28,884 nt of DNA from Candidatus Limnocylindria bacterium (GCA_036375335.1 DASUSA010000101.1:1-28884), one strand, 5' to 3'. Shown: positions 7,959 to 17,210, counted from the stretch's first letter. Program-made: numbers and translations. Notes: generated by a model from the letters alone, not told the origin.

Positions 7959-9192
7959 CGCGGCGCCGGCCCTTCGCCGGCACGACGCGTCGCTGTACAT
8001 CGTCGCGAGCGGTCTCGGCGGCCTCGGCCTCGGGATCGCGCTCTTTTATCTGAACTTCCTCTATCGCGCGCTTGGCTTCGACGCCCGGGCCATCGGCGTG
8101 CTCGGCGGCGCGCAGGCGCTCGGCGCGCTCGCCGGGGCGGTGCCGGCCGCGCTGCTGCCGCGGCGGATGCCGCGGCGGAACGCGATCTTCGTCGGAGGCT
8201 GCGTGACCGGGCTCGGCGTGATCGTGATCCTGAGCCAGACCACGCTGCCCGCGCTCTTCGTCGGGGCGGCCCTCACCGGCCTCGGCGGCATCATCGTCGC
8301 GTCCTCCGGAAGCGCGCTCGTGGCCGACGCGACGAGCGGTCTCGACCGGCCGCGGATGTTCGGCAACCAGGTCGCGCTCAGCGCGCTCGCGAGCTTTGCC
8401 GCGATCGTGATGGCCGGCGCGCTGGCCGCCCCGGTCGGCGCGGCGCTCGGTCTCCGCGAGACCGATCCGCTCACCATCCGCACGATCATCGGGATCGGAG
8501 GCGTGCTCGCCATCGCCTCGGCCATCCCGATCTTCTTCGTGCGACCGGCGGCCGTGGCCGTCGGTGCGCTCGACGCGCCGCACCGCCGCAGCCTTCTGCT
8601 GCGCTTCATGGCGATCGAGATGGCCTTCGGGTTCGGCGCCGGCAGCTTCCTCCCGTTCGCGAACTTGTTCTTCGCCGATCGATTCGGATTACCGATCGCG
8701 GGCGTCGGCCTCGCCATCGGCGCCCTCTCGGTCGCCGGGAGCGTCGGCGCGATCCTCAACGGGCGGCTGATCGTGCCCCGTCTCCCGCCACTGGCGGCGA
8801 TCGTCCTGCCGGTCTTTGGCTCGCTCCCGTTCGCGCTGCTCGCCGCCGTCGCCGGGCAGCCGCTGCTCGCGTGGGCGGCGCTCGCGCTGCGTGCCGCGCT
8901 CATGTACGGCTCGACGCCGAACTTCACGGCGATCGAGCTGTCCTCGTTCGCGCCGGTCGAGCGGGCCGGTGCTGTCGCCGTCTTCGCGATCAGCTGGAAC
9001 GGCGCCTCCGCCGCGGGTGCCGCGCTTTCAGGCGTCGTCCGGGCGGAGCTTGGCGCATCGGGGTACACCGCGAACCTCGTGACGCTCGTCGCGTCGTACC
9101 TCGTCGCGGCCACGCTCCTCGTCGTTTTCTTCCGCGCCCACGTGCCTCGGGGCGACGCGGCGGCGGTGGTTCGGGCAGACTCGGCGGAGTGA
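7912..9192 (+). CDS. MFS transporter (start uncertain)
   Basis: About 12 hydrophobic helices in two halves, with a LFFADRFG motif in the second half. The only canonical start before TM1 is ATG 7912, which overlaps htrA by 47 nt. Confidence 0.8.
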   Translation: MGNSRPSTSPSAGRADAAPALRRHDASLYIVASGLGGLGLGIALFYLNFLYRALGFDARAIGVLGGAQALGALAGAVPAALLPRRMPRRNAIFVGGCVTGLGVIVILSQTTLPALFVGAALTGLGGIIVASSGSALVADATSGLDRPRMFGNQVALSALASFAAIVMAGALAAPVGAALGLRETDPLTIRTIIGIGGVLAIASAIPIFFVRPAAVAVGALDAPHRRSLLLRFMAIEMAFGFGAGSFLPFANLFFADRFGLPIAGVGLAIGALSVAGSVGAILNGRLIVPRLPPLAAIVLPVFGSLPFALLAAVAGQPLLAWAALALRAALMYGSTPNFTAIELSSFAPVERAGAVAVFAISWNGASAAGAALSGVVRAELGASGYTANLVTLVASYLVAATLLVVFFRAHVPRGDAAAVVRADSAE

Positions 9193-10859
9193 CCGGCACC
9201 GCACGCGATCTCGTCCGCGACGCCGTCGCCGCCGGAGTGCTGGCGGCGAGCGATGCGCTCGGCTGGGGTGACACCGCGCGCGCGGCGGCGGTCGAGATCG
9301 AGCGCCCGGCCGACAAGAGCCACGGCGATTACGCCGCGAACATCGCGATGCGCCTCGCCAAGCCGCTCCGCAAGCCGCCGCTCGAGATCGCGAAGGCGGT
9401 CGCCGAGCGCGTCCCGCCCCGCGACGGCATCGCCTCGGTGGAGGCGGTGGGAGCTGGCTTCATCAATGTGCGGCTCGATGCGGCATGGCTCGCGAAACAG
9501 GTCGACGCGATCGCGCGCGCCGGCGACCGCTTTGGCCGCAACGACGCCCTCAAGGGCCAGAAGCTCCAAGTCGAGTTCGTCTCGGCGAACCCGAGCGGGC
9601 CGGTGACCGTCGCGAACGCGCGCGGCGGACCCATCGGTGACGTGCTCGCGAACGTGCTCGCGTTCTCGGGCGGCACCGTCGAGCGGGAGTACTACATCAA
9701 CGACGCCGGCACGCAACAGGAAGTCTTCGGCCGGAGCGTCGCAGTCCGCTATCTCGAGCTCGGCGGCCGGACCGGGCTCGTCATCCCGGACGACGGTTAC
9801 CCCGCCGACTACGTCATCGACATTGCGCGCGCGATCCGCGAGAAGACCGGCGGGGCGTTCGACGACAAGACCCCCGAGGAGCTCGGTCCGCAGTTCGCCG
9901 GGACCGCGATGGACGTTGTACTCGAATGGCACCGCGTATCGATGGAGAAGTTCGGCATCCGGTTCGACAACTTCTACCGCGAGACCGACCTCATGGAGTC
10001 CGGCTATTTCATGGCCACGATCGAGGCGTTGCGCGCGGCCGGTGCCATCGAGGAACGCGACGGCGCGGTCTGGCTGGAGTCGAAGGACCAGGGCGAAGAT
10101 ATCGACAGCGTGCTCATCCGGAGCACCGGCGTCCCGACGTACTTCGGCGTCGATGTCGCGTACCACCGGGAGGCGTTGGTCGAGCGCGGATTCGATCGGA
10201 AGATCGACGTATGGGGCGCAAACACCCATGGCCACGCCCGCCGCATGAAGAACGCGATGGCCGCGCTTGGCCTCGAGGGCCGGTGGGAGGTGCTGCTCTA
10301 CCAGTTCGTCAAGTTCCTCCACGAAGGCCTGCTCGTCAACATGGCCCGCCGCAAGGGGCAGTTCATCCGGCTTGACGACGTCATCGACACCGTCGGCAGG
10401 GACGCCGCGCGGTGGTTCTTCCTGATGGCGAGTGCCGATCGCACCCTGGACTTCGACCTTGAGCTCGCGGTCCAGCAGTCCAACGACAACCCCGTGTACT
10501 ACGTGCAGTACGCGCACGCGCGGATCGCGAGCATCTTCCGCACGGCCGCTGAGCGCAATCTCGTCGCCGACGGCGCGGACGTCGCCCTGCTGACGGCTGA
10601 CGCGGAGCTCGATCTCGTCCGACTCATGCTCCGCTTCCCCGAGCTCGTCGAGGAGATCCGCGACAAGCACAACATGCACTTGCTCACCGGCTACGGCCTC
10701 GAGCTCGCCGGAGCGTTCCACGCGTTCTACAAGGCCAACCGCGTCGTCGGCGAGGACGAACGGAGGTCCAAGGCGCGCCTCCGCCTCGTCGAGGCGGTTG
10801 GGCTGACGCTCCGCCAGACGCTCGGCCTCCTCGGGGTCAGCGCTCCCGAATCGATGTGA
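9189..10859 (+). CDS. argS: Arginine--tRNA ligase with atypical signature motifs
   Basis: HGDYAANIAM, GFIN, EFVSANP.GP, EYYINDAG.Q, TYFGVDVAYH, D.A.RWFFL and NPVYYVQYAHARI. GTGA overlap with the MFS stop fixes the start at 9189. Confidence 0.93.
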   Translation: MTGTARDLVRDAVAAGVLAASDALGWGDTARAAAVEIERPADKSHGDYAANIAMRLAKPLRKPPLEIAKAVAERVPPRDGIASVEAVGAGFINVRLDAAWLAKQVDAIARAGDRFGRNDALKGQKLQVEFVSANPSGPVTVANARGGPIGDVLANVLAFSGGTVEREYYINDAGTQQEVFGRSVAVRYLELGGRTGLVIPDDGYPADYVIDIARAIREKTGGAFDDKTPEELGPQFAGTAMDVVLEWHRVSMEKFGIRFDNFYRETDLMESGYFMATIEALRAAGAIEERDGAVWLESKDQGEDIDSVLIRSTGVPTYFGVDVAYHREALVERGFDRKIDVWGANTHGHARRMKNAMAALGLEGRWEVLLYQFVKFLHEGLLVNMARRKGQFIRLDDVIDTVGRDAARWFFLMASADRTLDFDLELAVQQSNDNPVYYVQYAHARIASIFRTAAERNLVADGADVALLTADAELDLVRLMLRFPELVEEIRDKHNMHLLTGYGLELAGAFHAFYKANRVVGEDERRSKARLRLVEAVGLTLRQTLGLLGVSAPESM

Positions 10860-10883
10860 GCCGATAGCGCGCCGCGGCGACGG

Positions 10884-11441
10884 CTACCGGCTCGGGCTTG
10901 GCCTCGGGCTCCCGCTCGCGCCGGCGCCGCGGCCACCCGGGAACCCGGCGCCACCCAGGATGTCACCGAGAATGTTCGTCGCGCCGACGACGATGGTCTG
11001 TGCGGAGATCGTCCCGCTGGTCGCGTCCGGCGTGCCGGCGATGGTGATCTGGTCGCCGACCTTGAGGTCGCTGAGCTTCACGTCAGACTCGACCGTCTTG
11101 ACGACGCGCGTCCCGCTGCCGACGAGCACGAGCTCCGTCGTGGTCGTCGCGGTGGCACCGTTGGCCCCACCTGCGCGGACCGAGACCGTGACCGAATCGG
11201 TGTTCACCGAGAGGATCTGGCCGGTCGTGACGCCGCCGCCCGCACCTCGCGCGCCTGCCCCGCCGTTCGCGCCGCCACCACCGAAGTTGCCCCGGGCACC
11301 CGTCGCTCCGGTCCCACCACTCGTGGTCCCGACCGGCGTCGGGGTGCGGGTCGAGCCGAAGGCGTAACCGCCACCGAAGAGCGCCAGGGCCACGATGACC
11401 CCGACGACGATCTGGACCGGACGCCGTGCGAGGACACTCAT
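10884..11441 (-). CDS. Membrane-anchored Gly-rich protein with a small beta (OB/DUF5666-like) domain
   Basis: Single N-terminal TM, Gly-rich linker, GQILSV...VTV...TRVVK...SDLKVGDQITIAG...ISAQTIVV. Preceded by the SD GGGAGA. Last gene of the ABC operon. Confidence 0.65.
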   Translation of the reverse strand: MSVLARRPVQIVVGVIVALALFGGGYAFGSTRTPTPVGTTSGGTGATGARGNFGGGGANGGAGARGAGGGVTTGQILSVNTDSVTVSVRAGGANGATATTTTELVLVGSGTRVVKTVESDVKLSDLKVGDQITIAGTPDATSGTISAQTIVVGATNILGDILGGAGFPGGRGAGASGSPRPSPSR

Positions 11442-11456
11442 GGTTGTTCTCCCTTG

Positions 11457-12743
11457 TCACTCATACCGAAGTGCCTGGATCGGATGCAGGCGCGCCGCCC
11501 GCATCGCGGGATAGAGGCCAAAGACGATGCCGATCGCGACTGACACGCCGACCGCGACTGCGACCGTGCCCGCCGTGATCGCGATGGGGATGTTCGCCGC
11601 CGCGGGGATCTGATGGACCACGACCGTGATGCCCCAGCCAAGGAGGATCCCGAGGATGCCGCCGATGCCAGTGAGTCCGATCGCTTCGATCAGGAACTGC
11701 ACGAGAATGTCGCGGCGTCGCGCGCCGACGGCCTTGCGGATGCCGATCTCCCGCGTCCGCTCGTTCACCGAGACCAGCATGATGTTCATGATCCCGATGC
11801 CACCGACGAGGAGCGAGATCCCGCCGATCGCGGCGAGCAGGATCGTGAACGTCCCGGTGACCTGGTTCAGCGCGGCGAGTGTGTCGTTCTGGTTCGTGAC
11901 CGTGAAGTCCGCGGACGCCGGGTCGGTGATCTTGTGACGCTGCAGGAGCACGTCGGTCACGTCGGCGGTCGTGTTGGCCATCTGATCGCTGCTCGCTGCC
12001 TTCACGATGATCGAGCTCACCGAGTTCGTCCGGCCGGTGAGGACGCGCTGCGCGGTCGTCGTTGGAACGAGGATCTGGTCATCGCGCGAGAAGCCGAACG
12101 TGGTGCCCTTCGTGTCGAGCATCCCGACGACCTTGAAGTTCACGATCCGGGCTCGCGACGCCCCCCCGCCGGGCCCGCCGCCGCCGAAGGCCTGCCGCAG
12201 CTGGATCGTTTGCCCGGTCGGATCGACGCCGTCACCGAAGAGGTTCGCAGCGGTCACCGAGCCGATCACCGCGACCTGGGCGTTCACGCTCACGTCGTCG
12301 TCGGTGAAGAAGCTTCCCGTCGCGAGCGCCCAATCGCGGACCTCCGGGTAGCCCGTGGTCACGCCGACCACGTTCGAGTTCCAGTTCTGACCGGCGGCGG
12401 TCACCTGCCAGCGGCCGGCGCCCTGCTCCGCTTCGACGGCGCCGATGGTCGGCCCGAGCTGGGCCAGGATCGCGTTCATGTCGTCGAGTGTGAGGTTCAT
12501 GCTCTGCGCGCCGGCGCCGCGGAGACCGGTATCGCTGCTCTGGTTTCCCGGCGTCACGGTCACGAGATTCGAGCCGAGCGAGAGGACCTGCTGCTGCACC
12601 TGGATCGACGCGCCGTTGCCGACGGCGACCATCGCGATCACGGATGCCACGCCGATGATCACGCCGAGCATCGTGAGCGCAGACCGCAGCTTGTTCACGA
12701 TGATCGACTGGAGCGCGGAGCGGAACGAGTCGAAGAGCTTCAT
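11457..12743 (-). CDS. MacB/FtsX-family ABC transporter permease
   Basis: [60 protein letters not shown] and [19 protein letters not shown]. Confidence 0.95.
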   Translation of the reverse strand: MKLFDSFRSALQSIIVNKLRSALTMLGVIIGVASVIAMVAVGNGASIQVQQQVLSLGSNLVTVTPGNQSSDTGLRGAGAQSMNLTLDDMNAILAQLGPTIGAVEAEQGAGRWQVTAAGQNWNSNVVGVTTGYPEVRDWALATGSFFTDDDVSVNAQVAVIGSVTAANLFGDGVDPTGQTIQLRQAFGGGGPGGGASRARIVNFKVVGMLDTKGTTFGFSRDDQILVPTTTAQRVLTGRTNSVSSIIVKAASSDQMANTTADVTDVLLQRHKITDPASADFTVTNQNDTLAALNQVTGTFTILLAAIGGISLLVGGIGIMNIMLVSVNERTREIGIRKAVGARRRDILVQFLIEAIGLTGIGGILGILLGWGITVVVHQIPAAANIPIAITAGTVAVAVGVSVAIGIVFGLYPAMRAARLHPIQALRYE

Positions 12744-13549
12744 CGTGCCCCGAGCGGCGCGGTCGCAATCGGCCCGGTGTGCAGGTCGACCGAATGGCCC
12801 TGCCCCGCGAGGCGCAGCTCGTCCTCCGCCCGGCGGGGCCGGGTCACCAGTTCGTCTCCAGAGACGACGCCGTCGCGCATCCGCACGATGCGCTTGCAGT
12901 GCTCGGCCACGTCCGGCTCGTGGGTCACCATGACCACGGTCTTGCCCTGGTCGTTGAGCCGCTGGAAGATCGCAAGGATCTCGGCGCTCGAGCGGGAGTC
13001 AAGATTTCCGGTCGGCTCGTCGGCGAGGATGATCGCCGGGTCGTTCAGCAGTGCGCGAGCGATCGCGACCCGCTGCTGTTGGCCACCGCTGAGCTCGCTC
13101 GGCTTGTGGTGCATCCGCTCCCCGAGGCCGACGGCCGCCAGCGCATCCTTTGCCCGCTGCGTCCGCCCGCGGGCGGTCCCGCCGTAGAGCAGCGGCAGCT
13201 CGACATTCTCGATCGCGTTGAGCCGCGGCAGCAGGTTGAAGGTCTGGAACACGAAGCCGATGTGCTTGTTGCGGATGGCCGCGAGCTGATCATCGTTGAG
13301 CTGGCGGACCTGCTCGCCGGCGAGCACGTAGGTGCCCGCTTCGGGAACGTCGAGGCAGCCGAGGATGTTCATCATCGTCGACTTGCCTGAGCCCGATGGT
13401 CCCATGAGCGCGACGAACTCGCCCGGGTAGACGTCGAGGTCGGCGCCCTGGAGCGCCTGAACGACGTTGTCCTTTCCCATGCGATATGTCTTGGTGACTC
13501 CGCGCAGCCGGATGACCGGATCGGCCGGCGCCGGCGCGTACGCGTTCAT
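12740..13549 (-). CDS. ABC transporter ATP-binding protein (MacB/LolD-like)
   Basis: GPSGSGKST Walker [16 protein letters not shown] signature, [11 protein letters not shown] Walker B and VTHE. Confidence 0.96.
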   Translation of the reverse strand: MNAYAPAPADPVIRLRGVTKTYRMGKDNVVQALQGADLDVYPGEFVALMGPSGSGKSTMMNILGCLDVPEAGTYVLAGEQVRQLNDDQLAAIRNKHIGFVFQTFNLLPRLNAIENVELPLLYGGTARGRTQRAKDALAAVGLGERMHHKPSELSGGQQQRVAIARALLNDPAIILADEPTGNLDSRSSAEILAIFQRLNDQGKTVVMVTHEPDVAEHCKRIVRMRDGVVSGDELVTRPRRAEDELRLAGQGHSVDLHTGPIATAPLGAR

Positions 13550-15390
13550 CGACCGGGCACTGGGTTGCCGCCGCCCCCGCCGAGCTGGATGCCGCGCCCG
13601 CCGCCGGCATTCGTCGCGGTCGCGCGGGGCTGCGGCAAGACGACGACGTCGCCCTCCTGCACGCCGGTGAGGACCTCAGTGACGGTGTCGTTGCTGATGC
13701 CGAAGGTCACGTCGGTGTCGACCTGCTGCCCGTCCTTCATGACCGTCAGGTAGCGCCTCCCACTCGCCGTCTTCACGGCGAGGTTCGGCACCGTGAGCGC
13801 GTTCGGGCTGCTCGCGATGATCACGTTCGCGGTGCCGCTCATGCCGGGCTTCACGGACTGGTTCGGCAGGTCGATCGTGACGTCGACGCCATAGACCGGA
13901 ACGCCGCCCGAGATCGTCGCGACGGGATCGAGCGAGGTGACCTTGCCAGTCATCTTCGCGGTCCCGATCGCGTCGACCGTGACGGTCGCGACCTCGCCGA
14001 GCTTGAGCTTCACGACGTCCGACTCGCCGATCGTGCCGTGGAGGGCCATCGAGCCGGTGTTCGCGATGACGATGAATCCGGTCGTGCTGGTGCTGCTGGC
14101 GGTCTCACCGACTTGGGCGCCGATCGTGGTGACCACGCCCGCGACGGTCGCCTTGATGACCGCGTTGTCGAGGTTCGTCTGGGCGGTCGCGACCGCGGTC
14201 TGGGCGTTGTTCAGCGAATTCTGGGCGCTCTGGACGTTCGACGGTTGGTTGTTCAACGACGTCTGGGCGCTCTGGAGGCTCTGGGCCGACCGGAGCTGGG
14301 CGGCGGCCACGTTCTGGACGGCGGTGAGGTAGCTGCCTGAGATCGCGTCGCTGATCGTCGTCACGGTCGTGCCGATCTGGGTGACCTTGTTCTTCGCGTT
14401 CGTCGCGCCCTGGTTCTCACCGGTGAGCGTCACGAGGAGTGCTGCGACATCGGCCCGCGCGGCATCGAGGGTCGTGTCGACCTTGGCGTTCAGGGTGTTG
14501 AGCGAGTTCTGGGCCGAGGTCGCTGACGACTGGGCGCTCGACAGCTGGCCGTTCGGGGCGTCGATCGCGCTGGTCAATCGAGACGTCGCACTGCTGTAGG
14601 CGACCTGGGCGGTCGACAGCTGCTGGCCCGCGGCGGTCAGGTCCGCGTTCGCCGCGACGGCCGCGTCGAACGCGCTCGTCGCATTGAGGATCTGATTGAC
14701 CGCGGCGATGTAGTCGGCCTCGCCGGCCTGGTAGACGCCGTTCACGTAGTTCTGGGCGTTTCCCAAAGTCGCACTGGCCTGGTACATCGCGGTCTGGGCG
14801 GACTTGTTGTCGCTGATCTGGTTCGCCTGGGCGAGGTCGCTCTGGGTCTTGGACACCTGCTGCTGCGCCACGCTGATCTGCGAGACATAGGTCGCGAGAT
14901 CGTTGATCAGCGAGCCATACAGGCTCGAGAAGTTGACCTTCGCCGCGGCATAGTTCGACTTCAGCTTGGCCAGCGCCGCCTGTGCGGTCGCGATGTCACT
15001 CGCCGTCGACTGCTGGGTCTGGCTGTACGAGTTCTGCGCGTCGCTCACGCCGGACAGGGCCTTGTTGTAGTTCGTCTGTGCCGCATCGAGGTTGTTCTGC
15101 GCGGTCGTGAGGGCGGCCTGAAGGTCGGTCGTGTCGAGCGCGGCGAGTGGCTGGCCGGCGGTGACCTGCTGGCCGACCGCGACCATGAGCTGCGCGACCT
15201 TCCCGTTCGTCGGGGGGTTGAGTTTCACGGTGCCGGCCGAGCTGACCGATCCGGACACCGCGACCGACTGGGTGACCGCCGCGCGCGTGACCTGCGCGGT
15301 CCGCGTTTCCGCGGCCGCGGGCGCGCCGCTGCACGCCGCGGCGAACACTCCCGCCACTGCGGCGGCGATGACGCTCTTTCCGATGGACAT
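13546..15390 (-). CDS. MacA/HlyD-family periplasmic adaptor, lipoprotein, with a very long helical insert
   Basis: MSIGKSVIAAAVAGVFAAAC lipobox, split lipoyl halves (GKVAQL.V.VGQQV.AGQPL and IKATVAGVV), and a beta-barrel ESDVVKLKLG...VKPGMSG.A.VI. Start at ATG 15390 after a purine-rich SD. Confidence 0.88.
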   Translation of the reverse strand: MSIGKSVIAAAVAGVFAAACSGAPAAAETRTAQVTRAAVTQSVAVSGSVSSAGTVKLNPPTNGKVAQLMVAVGQQVTAGQPLAALDTTDLQAALTTAQNNLDAAQTNYNKALSGVSDAQNSYSQTQQSTASDIATAQAALAKLKSNYAAAKVNFSSLYGSLINDLATYVSQISVAQQQVSKTQSDLAQANQISDNKSAQTAMYQASATLGNAQNYVNGVYQAGEADYIAAVNQILNATSAFDAAVAANADLTAAGQQLSTAQVAYSSATSRLTSAIDAPNGQLSSAQSSATSAQNSLNTLNAKVDTTLDAARADVAALLVTLTGENQGATNAKNKVTQIGTTVTTISDAISGSYLTAVQNVAAAQLRSAQSLQSAQTSLNNQPSNVQSAQNSLNNAQTAVATAQTNLDNAVIKATVAGVVTTIGAQVGETASSTSTTGFIVIANTGSMALHGTIGESDVVKLKLGEVATVTVDAIGTAKMTGKVTSLDPVATISGGVPVYGVDVTIDLPNQSVKPGMSGTANVIIASSPNALTVPNLAVKTASGRRYLTVMKDGQQVDTDVTFGISNDTVTEVLTGVQEGDVVVLPQPRATATNAGGGRGIQLGGGGGNPVPGR

Positions 15391-15421
15391 TGACCCTCTT
15401 CCCTTCTCCACGCGAAGCCCG

Positions 15422-16204
15422 TTAGCTGACGATCGACGCGGGTGCGGCACCGAGCCGTGCGACCACGACGGCACCGAGCGCGTACGCGACGACGGCAAAT
15501 GCGACGACGCCGCCCACTGCGGGCAGCTGCATGAGGACGTACAGGATCGTGGCGCCGATGAGCGCGACCAGCGGACCCGGGATGCCGCCCGCCCAGCGGT
15601 TCACCGCCCGCAGCCCGAACAGGGCGTCGCCCAGCCGCCACGACGCCGCCGCGAAGCCGACGAACGTGACCAGAAGCAGCGCGGCGACGAACACGGCCAG
15701 GGTCATGAGCCCGACCTGCAGTCCGAACTGGATCGCGGTCGGCGCTTCGCGGAATCCCGCCGCGAGCCCTCCGAGCAGCACGACCCCTCCGAGGAACGTG
15801 GCGGATGCAAGCAGGAGCAGCACCGCGACGCCGGTGCCGAGGACTCGCAGCTGGTCGCGCCAGGTGCCGCGCGCGGCGTGATACGCCCCGAGCACCTGCG
15901 TGCGTCCGAGCACGAGGACGGCCGCGACCCCGATCACCACGAGCAGGTACCCGGCCGCATCGCGGGCGGTGTCCGAGATGCCACGCTGGAACGGGACCAC
16001 CGCCCGAAGCGGGATCGGCACGTCACCTGCCGCCACGGCGGTGCGGACGGGGGCGGCGCGATTCCCGAAGTTCACGAAGAAGAAGGACCGCGACCGGCCG
16101 GTCTCGTCCGCCCCCGCGGCCATCGAGCCGACGAGGAGGACGGTGGCGATCGCGAGCGCGATCACGATCGCGCCGAGCGCGAAGACGGTGTCGCGTCCGC
16201 TCAT
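15422..16204 (-). CDS. Multi-pass membrane protein of unknown function
   Basis: N-terminal TM, a short polar segment, then about six hydrophobic helices. ATGA overlap with the anti-sigma gene. Confidence 0.75.
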   Translation of the reverse strand: MSGRDTVFALGAIVIALAIATVLLVGSMAAGADETGRSRSFFFVNFGNRAAPVRTAVAAGDVPIPLRAVVPFQRGISDTARDAAGYLLVVIGVAAVLVLGRTQVLGAYHAARGTWRDQLRVLGTGVAVLLLLASATFLGGVVLLGGLAAGFREAPTAIQFGLQVGLMTLAVFVAALLLVTFVGFAAASWRLGDALFGLRAVNRWAGGIPGPLVALIGATILYVLMQLPAVGGVVAFAVVAYALGAVVVARLGAAPASIVS

Positions 16205-16590
16205 CGAGCGATCATCCGGTGCTGCTCGGTCCCGCGGAGCATCGCGTGCGCGGCGACCGCGCTCCCGATGCCGAGGAACGCGAGCGAGATGATCAGGAGA
16301 CCGTCGATCGCGACGTCAGCGCCGGTGGTCTGATCGAGCCCCTGCGCGGCCACGAGGATCGCGCTGAACGACGCGCCGAGCTCGGCGCCATGGGCCACGA
16401 GCCCCCATCCGAGGTAGGCGAGGCTCGGCAGGGCCAGCACTGCGGCGAAGATCCATTCCCAGCCCGTCGCCGGGCCGTTGCTGCGAACGCGCGCCATCAC
16501 CCCGTCGCGAAAACCGATCGGGAGCGGGGCGGGCCTGGCCGCGCTGAGCAACCGGTCGATGTCGAGCTCGTCATTCTCCAGATCATTCAT
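16201..16590 (-). CDS. Putative membrane anti-sigma factor
   Basis: ATGA overlap with the ECF sigma stop. The short cytoplasmic N-terminus (DRLL...PLP.GFRDGVMARV) is typical of anti-sigma domains and is followed by two TM helices. No HxxxCxxC zinc motif. Confidence 0.7.
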   Translation of the reverse strand: MNDLENDELDIDRLLSAARPAPLPIGFRDGVMARVRSNGPATGWEWIFAAVLALPSLAYLGWGLVAHGAELGASFSAILVAAQGLDQTTGADVAIDGLLIISLAFLGIGSAVAAHAMLRGTEQHRMIAR

Positions 16591-17141
16591 GAGCGCTTGG
16601 CCCTCCGTTCGGCGAGCCTCGTCTTCAGCGCGGCACGCGCGCGATGCAGGTGCGTCTTCACGGTGCCGAGCGGGATCCCGAGCGCGTCGGCCACCTCTTG
16701 ATAGGAGAGCTGCTGCATGTGCCTCAGTGTGAGGGCCGCGCGGTACGCCGGCGGTAGCAACGCCATCGCGTCCAGCACCTCCTGGACGTCCTCCTTGCGG
16801 ACCGCCGAGAGCTCGGGTCCGGCTTCGAGCGGCTCGGGATCCTCGGGGAATTCTTCGACCGTGATCTCGCGGCCGCGGCCCCGCTGGATGAAATTCAAGC
16901 TGGCGTTCGTCGTGATCCGGAAGAGCCAGGGCCCGAACGGGTAGGCCGGGTCGTACTGGTGGAGAGCCCGGTACGCCCGGATGAACGCATCCTGGGCGCA
17001 ATCGCGCGCGGCGTCGGGGTCGTGCGTGATCCGGAGCGCGACGTTGTACACCCGACCTCCATAGCGTTCGACCAGCGCCTCATACGCGTCCGCGTCACCG
17101 GACAGGCACCGCTGCACGATCTCCTGGTCGGTCCGAGTCAG
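16587..17141 (-). CDS. ECF RNA polymerase sigma-70 factor (SigW-like), probable CTG start
   Basis: DQEIVQRCLSGD..AYEALVERY, DCAQDAFIRAY, FGPWLFRITTN, region 4 LSYQEVADALGIPLGTVKTHLHRAR. CTG 17141 has the SD GGGAGA 6 nt upstream. An in-frame stop lies at 17172-17174. Confidence 0.92.
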   Translation of the reverse strand: MTRTDQEIVQRCLSGDADAYEALVERYGGRVYNVALRITHDPDAARDCAQDAFIRAYRALHQYDPAYPFGPWLFRITTNASLNFIQRGRGREITVEEFPEDPEPLEAGPELSAVRKEDVQEVLDAMALLPPAYRAALTLRHMQQLSYQEVADALGIPLGTVKTHLHRARAALKTRLAERRAKRS

Positions 17142-17182
17142 CGTGGATCTCCCGGCCGGCAGCGGGTGCGGTCAACAATCCA

Positions 17183-17210
17183 TACCCGGACCTTCGCTGC
17201 CATGTTTCGG
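17183..17210 (-). promoter_or_regulatory. Putative autoregulatory ECF-sigma promoter (CGAAAC-N17-GGTA), copy 2
   Basis: Minus strand CCGAAACatGGCAGCgaaGGtCCGGGTA, about 40 nt upstream of the sigma gene. Resembles the B. subtilis sigma-W consensus TGAAAC-N16-CGTA. Confidence 0.72.

Noticed and set aside
8871-9188. N-terminal extension of argS in the ORF track
   Set aside because: It overlaps the MFS gene. The GTGA overlap at 9189 gives a normal-length ArgRS.
5622-10721. Very long antisense ORFs (5622-8000, 792 aa; 8061-10721, 886 aa)
   Set aside because: Shadow frames opposite well-supported genes. High GC and codon bias suppress stops, and I saw no recognisable motifs.
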